From positions 1-64,000 of IMG/VR virus record IMGVR_UViG_3300019371_000256: 64,000 nt of DNA; one strand, written 5' to 3'. This DNA comes from a virus. Taxonomy: Duplodnaviria; Caudoviricetes. Numbering within the stretch: the stretch's first letter is position 1; each line of letters starts with the position of its first letter. The position numbers were made by a program, and so were the translations under genes. This document shows, piece after piece, positions 57,338 through 64,000 of this stretch. The notes beneath the pieces were generated by a model. That model ran no database searches and was not told where the DNA came from. It worked only from the letters and a program-made list of their open reading frames with translations.

Positions 57338-58492
57338 ATGATTGATATGGAGATTAAAAAACTTAAAGATATAAATGAATATTCTAGCCAAAGTGTAAAT
57401 CCTTCAAAATCGCCAGATATTGTATTTGAAGTTTATAGTGTACCAAGTCATGCAGACAACAAACCAGAGTATCTTCGCGGTGATGAAATTGGTTCAACAA
57501 AAGTAGTTATTGAAGAAGGTGATATTTTGCTATGTAAAATAAATCCAAGGATTAATAGAGTCTGGGTTGTAGATAAATCGTCTGAACATTTGAGTGTTGC
57601 TTCATCTGAGTGGATAGTAGTTAGAAGTAAAGAAAATAATCCAGAGTATTTGGCGTGGTATTTTAGATCTGATGGATTTAAAACTCGTATGAATAGTGGT
57701 TTGACTGGAATTGGTGGATCATTAACACGAGCACAGCCAAAGCGAGTAGCAGATTATCCAGTTCCAATTAGAGAAAGAAAAGAACAAGATGAAATAGTAT
57801 TAGTTTTAAATAAAGTAAATAAAATAATAGATAGCAGAAAAGAACAGTTAGAACAGATGGATAACCTAATCAAATCCCGATTTGTCGAGATGTTTGGGGA
57901 TCCTTTAAGTAATCCAATGGGCTGGGAAGAAGTTGTTATTACAGAGCTGTGCGAGAAAATATGCGGTGGTGGTACACCTTCAAAATCTCATCCAGAGTAT
58001 TTCGTGGGGCGTATTCCTTGGGTGTCACCGAAAGATATGAAATCTATGGTTATTAGAGATAGTCAAGATCATATAACTGAAGAGGCCATTAAGAATAGCT
58101 CAACGAAGATTATTCCAGAAAACTCGGTACTTATGGTAATAAGGAGTGGTATTTTAAAACATACACTTCCTGTTGCTATTAATGCAGTGCCTGTGACTAT
58201 TAACCAAGATATGAAAGCTTTTATTCCAGGGAAAAAAATACTTACAACATTTTTGATGAACTACTTTAAAGCGATAGAACCAGATGTATTAAGCGGTGTA
58301 AGAGGAGTAACGGCTGATAATATCGATTTCAAAGATTTTCAAAAAAGACTGGTAATTTTACCACCAATTGAAATTCAGAAGCAATTTGCCAACTTCGTCC
58401 AACAAGTCAACAAATTGAAAATTGAAGTACAGAAATCATTGGATGAAGCGCAGGTATTGTTTGATTCGTTGATGCAAGAGTATTTTGAGTGA
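57338..58492 (+). CDS. hsdS: Type I R-M specificity subunit
   Basis: Two TRDs with conserved spacers (LIKSRFVEMFGDP...NPMGWE; LPPIEIQKQFA...LFDSLMQEYF). Confidence 0.93.
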   Translation: MIDMEIKKLKDINEYSSQSVNPSKSPDIVFEVYSVPSHADNKPEYLRGDEIGSTKVVIEEGDILLCKINPRINRVWVVDKSSEHLSVASSEWIVVRSKENNPEYLAWYFRSDGFKTRMNSGLTGIGGSLTRAQPKRVADYPVPIRERKEQDEIVLVLNKVNKIIDSRKEQLEQMDNLIKSRFVEMFGDPLSNPMGWEEVVITELCEKICGGGTPSKSHPEYFVGRIPWVSPKDMKSMVIRDSQDHITEEAIKNSSTKIIPENSVLMVIRSGILKHTLPVAINAVPVTINQDMKAFIPGKKILTTFLMNYFKAIEPDVLSGVRGVTADNIDFKDFQKRLVILPPIEIQKQFANFVQQVNKLKIEVQKSLDEAQVLFDSLMQEYFE

Positions 58493-58555
58493 TAAGATAA
58501 GGAAAGCTATTGCCATGACAAATGAATATGAAGAACAGAATGCATATAAAAAAGC

Positions 58556-59920
58556 ATGAAATTGTTTGTACGATTTTGTAAAGATATGAATATCACAACT
58601 AAGGAGCAACTTTCAAACTTTACTTTCGAAGAAATTCCTTCTGAATATAAATATAAATATAAATATGGAGCCTCTGATGAAATCAGAGCTTCTGATGATC
58701 CTGATAATACACAAATAATAAATGCTATTTATATAATTTTATGGGGAGAATTTTTTGATATAAGAGATAAGAAAGATGTTGGTTCTTAGTCTGATAGTAA
58801 AAAAATAGAAGGTAGTCAGTCATCATACAGAGGCGACACAATGAATAGTTTTTGTTCTATGTTTGGAAGTGATGATACAGGATGGAATAGAATGAAGCAT
58901 ATTCTAGGTGTGGAAATCGATAATGACTGGTCTGATATAATAAAATTTAGAAAAATTTATCATACATTAGGAAATTTTTTACTTATTCCAAATAGAAAAA
59001 ATGTAAATAGAGTAAAAGGTACCTCTGGCAGACTAACAGACAGTTTTGAGACACTTTTATCAAATGCATATATGTACTATAATGAAAAAGAAAATGGAAC
59101 AAATAAGCTTATTATGTGTGGTTATAGAAAGGTTTTTGAAGAAAATATAGAATACAAGAATACATATAATGAAGATTTTTTGTTTAAATTAAAATATTTT
59201 ATTTGCAAGATTATTATTATAATGAAGGAAAGCCAACAGTCAAGTTTAAATTTAGTTTCAGAAGGGAAAAAAGGCTTAGCTGATTATGTATCTACAAATT
59301 TGAATACTGATGAATATTATACACGAAGTCATTTGCAAAAATTGGATATCATACAGACGGTTGGTTCGGCTTCTTGGTTAGGCATAATTAATGACAAAGA
59401 TTTATTTCAGGAAAGCTTGGATTGGTTTCGAGGATATATAAATTTTATTTGTGAAAAGATAGGATATGAGTTGCTTTACCAAATGATCGACAATTGTAGA
59501 AGTATAAATGAAAATAAAGATTCACAATTAGAAGCGTCATTGTGTTATGGAACATGTATGTATATTTGTTCATTTATTGAAAAAATATTAAAAATAATAT
59601 ACATAGAACTAAAAAGAGAAATAGAATATATTCCAATTGAAAATATAACTTTAGGGGAATTGCTATCAGACGGGAATTCATTGTATGCGGAAATGTTAGG
59701 AGAATATCAATTAAAGCATTTAAGATATTTTCTATTGACAGACGGCGATAAAAAAATTGGTACAAATTATCGTAATTCACTGGCACATTATAGTTCAATT
59801 ACTTCTGAGAATATTAATATGTTTCTTGTTGGAAAACTAATGTTTCTTTTTACAAATATAATAACATCATTTTTTCATTACTTTTTTATGAAACAAAGTG
59901 AAGAAAATATAGATAATTAG
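58556..59920 (+). pseudogene. Nonsense-interrupted gene (in-frame TAG at 58787-58789) with a DUF4209/HEPN-like C-terminus
   Basis: ORFs 58556 and 58841 share a frame across a single TAG (…VGS*SDSKK…YRGDTMNSF). C-terminus TLGELL…IGTNYRNSLAH. Confidence 0.6.
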
Positions 59921-59930
59921 GGGAGGATAT

Positions 59931-62900
59931 ATGTCAAACTTCGAATTCTTAACATCAAAAACAGAATATGAGCTTTTTGCAGTAGCGTGCGTTGAGGCGG
60001 AGAAGGTCTTGACATCATCACCTGCCATGAGTGCAGTAGGAGCTAGAAAAGCATTAGAACTTGCTGTGAAATGGGTATATTCCGCTGATAACTCAATTTC
60101 TATCCCGTACAAAGATAACTTACAATCATTGATTCATGAACCAAGTTTTCGTTTTGCCTTGGATAGTAAGACATGGGGCAAGATGCCATTTATCATTAAA
60201 TTAGGTAATTTGTCAGTACATACGGATAAGAAGGTGTCAAAAAGTGACGCTGTTTTATCATTACAAGGTTTGTTTGAATTTGTAGAGTGGATTGATTACT
60301 GTTACGGAAATGATTATCAGGAACGTAACTTTGATGAAAAACTGATTCCAGGTGAAAAAGTCGCTGTTGATGTATCAAAAATCAAAGAGCAGGAGAGTTT
60401 ACTTTCTGAAAAGGAAAGTGAAATCAAAGCCTTAAGAGAGAAAATTGAGGCGATGTCTGCTACCTATACTGCTGAAAAAGGGCAGCATAAAGAAGAAAGA
60501 ACTTTTACTGCGAAAGATTTATCGGAGTTTAAGACGAGAAAAAGATACATTGATGTAGATTTAAAATTGTTAGGTTGGGATTTTGACCATGATGTAAAAG
60601 AAGAATTTGAAGTACAAAATATGGATGGAAAATCAGGTCAGATGTGATATGCTGACTATGTTTTGTTTGGCAAAGACGGTCTTCCATTGGCGATTATAGA
60701 AGCAAAGAGGACAAGCAAAGACCCGAATATCGGAAGGCAGCAGGTTTTGCTTTATGCCAAGTCTTTAGAAGAGCGTTATGGACGCCGTCCTATGATGTTT
60801 ACCACGAATGGGTTTGAAACCTATTTCTGGGATGATGAAAGCTATCCTCAGAGAAAAGTCAGCAGTATTTTTTCCAAAAATGATTTGCAGAAGTTGATGA
60901 ATCGAAGACAAGAGAGAAAAGATTTATCAACCATTCGCATAGATGATAAGATTACCGATCGCTATTATCAGAAAGAAGCGATCAGAGCAGTATGTGACAG
61001 TTTGGTGCAGGGGCATAGAAAAAATCTTCTCGTGATGGCAACTGGTACAGGCAAGACCAGAACCGCTTCCAGTTTGACAGATGTATTGTCAAGAGGGGGC
61101 TATGTTACCAACGTTTTATTTCTTGCCGACAGAACGGCATTAGTAAAACAGGCAAAAGATGATTTTAAAAATTATCTTCCAGATATGAGCCTTTGTAATT
61201 TGCTGTCCAATAAGGAGGATAAGAATGCAAGAATCATTTTTTCTACCTATCCAACTATGTTAAATGTCATTGATTCGGAAAAGACAGAGGATGGACAGCG
61301 ATTATTTTCTCCATCCCATTTTGATCTGATCATAGTAGATGAAGCACATAGAAGTATCTTTAAGAAATATCGTACCATTTTTGAATACTTTGATTCAATT
61401 GTTGTAGGATTAACTGCTACGCCAAAAACAGATGTCGATAGAAATACCTATGATTTTTTTGAAATGGAACATGGGGTTCCGACCTATGCATATGACTATG
61501 AAACTGCTGTGAATCATGATTATGTGCTGGTGCCATATTTTAACATTGAAACATCAACGAAATTCTTAGAGGAAGGAATTTCATACGAAGAGTTGGATGA
61601 AAAAGATAAAGAACGTTACGAAGATGATTTCGGTGATGATGAAGGAAATATGCCAGAATTTGTGCCTTCACCTACCATGAATAAATTTGTATTTAACGAA
61701 AAGACAGTGGATTTAGTGTTGCAGGATTTGATGGAAAATGGAATCAAGGTTGAGGGCGGAGATCGAATTGGAAAAACAATCATTTTTGCTCAGAACAAGA
61801 CTCATGCTGAATTTATTTTAGAACGATTCAATAAATTATATCCAAAGCTGAAAGGTGGATTTGCAAAGCGCATTACTTGCGAAGATACCTACGCCCAGTC
61901 TGTCATTGATGAATTCAAGATTGCGAATAAGCCACCATATATTGCAGTTTCTGTCGATATGATGGATACCGGTATCGATGTACCAGAAGTAGTCAATCTT
62001 GTATTCTTTAAGAAAGTGCGCTCAAAGACAAAGTTCTGGCAGATGATAGGACGTGGAACCAGACTGTGCAAAGACCAGACTTTTGTTGACAGACAGGATG
62101 GAGAGTATACAGATAAAAAGAGATTTTATATTTTTGATTACTGTGGAAATTTTGAGTATTTCCGTGAAAATAAAGAAGGTATTGAAGTAAAAGATACAGA
62201 AAGTTTGAGCGAAAAGAGTTTTAGCAAAAGAGTCCGATTGATACAAAATCTTCAATCATCAGATTTCTTAGGAACGGAATACCAGAACTGGAGAAGTGAG
62301 CTTGTAAGTACTGTGCTACAGCAAGTACAGTCACTCAACAAAGAACTGGTTGCTGTACACATGCAACTTCGTCATGTGGAAAAATTCGAAAAGCAAGAAG
62401 CATTTACTTGTATCTCAGAACAGGATTATCATGATTTGTCCAGGCATGTAGCACCATTGGTAACGATGGATGATAAAGATGAGTATGCAAAGCGATTTGA
62501 TAATCTGATGTACGGCTTGATGATTGCTCAGATGGAGATGTTACCAGGATTTAAGAAAGCGAAAAATCAGGTCTACACATTGATGGGAGCATTGGAACAA
62601 AAAGCAATTATTCCTAAGATTAAAGAAAAACTTTCTTTGATTCAGACGGTAACAACAGATGAGTTCTGGGCTTCTGGTGATATTTTGCTTTTTGAAAAGA
62701 TTCGAGAGGAATTAAGAGATTTGATTAAACTTACAGTGGATGAGGGCACTGGTAAACGCCCGATTATGACAAGTCTTGCAGATCCTATTCTATCTAGAAA
62801 AGAAGGCGATATATTAGATGCAGCATATGATTTTGAAGATTACCGGTTAAAAGTGAATCGATACATAGAACAACATAAAGATCATATTGCAATCTGGAAG

Positions 62901-63299
62901 CTTCGAAATAATGTAAAACTGGAATCGGGAGACTATCAGGCACTCGAAAGCATCTTTACAAAAGAACTGGGCGATGAAGAAGATTACAAACGAGAGTTCG
63001 GAGATACACCATTTGGTCTTCTTATCCGTAAGATAGCAAAGCTTGAGCATGAAGCTGCGATGAAAGCATTTTCTAAGTTTATCAATGATGAATCATTGAA
63101 CCAACAGCAGATTGTTTTTGTGAAAAAGATTGTGGATTATGTGGAGCAGAATGGATACATAGAAAATATAACGGAACTGATGAAACCGCCGTTTGATAAA
63201 CCAATGAGCTTTGTGAAGCTGTTTGATAGTAAGAGGCAGGCTGAGATTGTGAAGTTGGTGAATGAGATTAAGGAAAATGCTGTGGAAGTGGCGGGGTAA
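59931..63299 (+). pseudogene. hsdR: Type I restriction subunit (EcoAI/EcoEI-like) with an in-frame TGA at 60645-60647
   Basis: …GKSGQM*YADYVLFGKDGLPLAIIEAKR continues in frame; MATGTGKT, DEAH and SVDMMDTGID helicase motifs intact. Confidence 0.92.
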
Positions 63300-63345
63300 G
63301 GTTGATTTAAAATTCTCATCAGTGGAATTACAGGAGGAATACAGT

Positions 63346-63958
63346 ATGTGTGATAATGAAAACATATTTATTAATGCTGTTTTAAAAAGAAAAGAAGAGA
63401 ATAAAAAAGCTTTTTCTTGGCTTATGGAAGAAAAACTCTATTCTCTTATTGGAAGTATTTTGCGGTTGGAATTGGATTCATTGATTCGTGTGGCTTATTT
63501 AAATTCTATTAATGATATAAATCAAATGGAGTGTTTGCTTGCACAGTTTAATGCTGGTAAAAGATGGAAGAATGAGAAGCAACTTATCACTGATAGGGCA
63601 ATGTTAAATAATGTTATGTGGAATTTAGGATTGGGGTGGGCGCAACCAATTTATGATATATGTTGTGCTTTTATTCATCATTCACCATATCACGATTGGG
63701 GTGAGATTGAGCCAACAAGAGCTATATCTGATTTAGAAAGAAGCAGCAGGAGTTAAGAGTTATTTTGGAGAACAACTTGTAGAATTTGGATTTCCGGTGG
63801 ATGCAATCAAACGTATAGAAGAGAAGAACAGTAAATTAATTACGCTTAATACAGAATCAACAAAAAAATACGTAGTTAGTAATTTACAAAAAATTTTATC
63901 TGTATTGGATGAATATGAGAAAAAACTTATGGAAAATGCTTTAAAGTCGATTTTGTAA
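63346..63958 (+). pseudogene. Hypothetical gene, probably frameshifted near 63740
   Basis: ORF ends RSSRS* while another frame continues EAAGVKSYFGEQLVEFGFP…ALKSIL*. Confidence 0.4.
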
Positions 63959-64000
63959 TGAGCGAGAAAGGTAGTTGGTATTTTTATTAATTTTGAACAG

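Noticed and set aside
55115-60647. Stop-codon recoding as an explanation for the in-frame TGA and TAG codons
   Set aside because: Both TGA and TAG terminate many intact genes in this window, and frameshifts co-occur, so decay is more parsimonious
4125-62255. Many antisense or overlapping ORFs in the track (e.g. 4125-4568, 28650-29087, 33070-33513, 35007-35495, 39262-39849, 45007-45609, 47626-48129, 54147-54494)
   Set aside because: They are shadows of well-supported genes on another frame or strand, with no RBS or family motif

Overview
Bases 1 to about 54700 are a nearly complete temperate prophage of a low-GC Firmicute; a Lachnospiraceae/Clostridia-like host is inferred from gene content only. 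The window opens at the stop codon of the immunity repressor, so the phage integrase is probably just to the left. Gene order is: immunity (cI/cro, three operators); recombination (YqaJ, RecT); replication; accessory genes (FRG, DUF5131); late regulator; an AT-rich defence block (ABC-ATPase + DUF4435 PARIS-like pair, full-length DSR2-like sirtuin, DUF4062 + HEPN pair); ParB-like gene + C5 methylase; PBSX-type packaging, head and contractile-tail genes; tail fibre; secreted nuclease; lysis; tyrosine recombinase; AbiH. A candidate attR (guaA-like 3' core with arm-type repeats) lies near 54.7 kb. A decaying island follows, with type I R-M genes (hsdM and hsdS intact, hsdR broken by one nonsense codon). 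The top finding is a split tail-fibre shufflon. Four copies of the 15-bp site TWAARTAGTGATTTA (45401+, 46112-, 52155+, 53016-) each start an in-frame alternative C-terminal cassette for the tail-fibre gene. One cassette pair is at the fibre gene and the other is about 6 kb away beside a tyrosine recombinase, with the lysis module between them. Other highlights are a ~245-nt end-paired structured leader on the lytic transcript, a GC-rich multi-hairpin segment upstream of the DSR2-like gene, and a small ORF bracketed by a perfect 14-bp inverted repeat. All family calls come from recognising motifs by eye; no database searches or folding programs were run.
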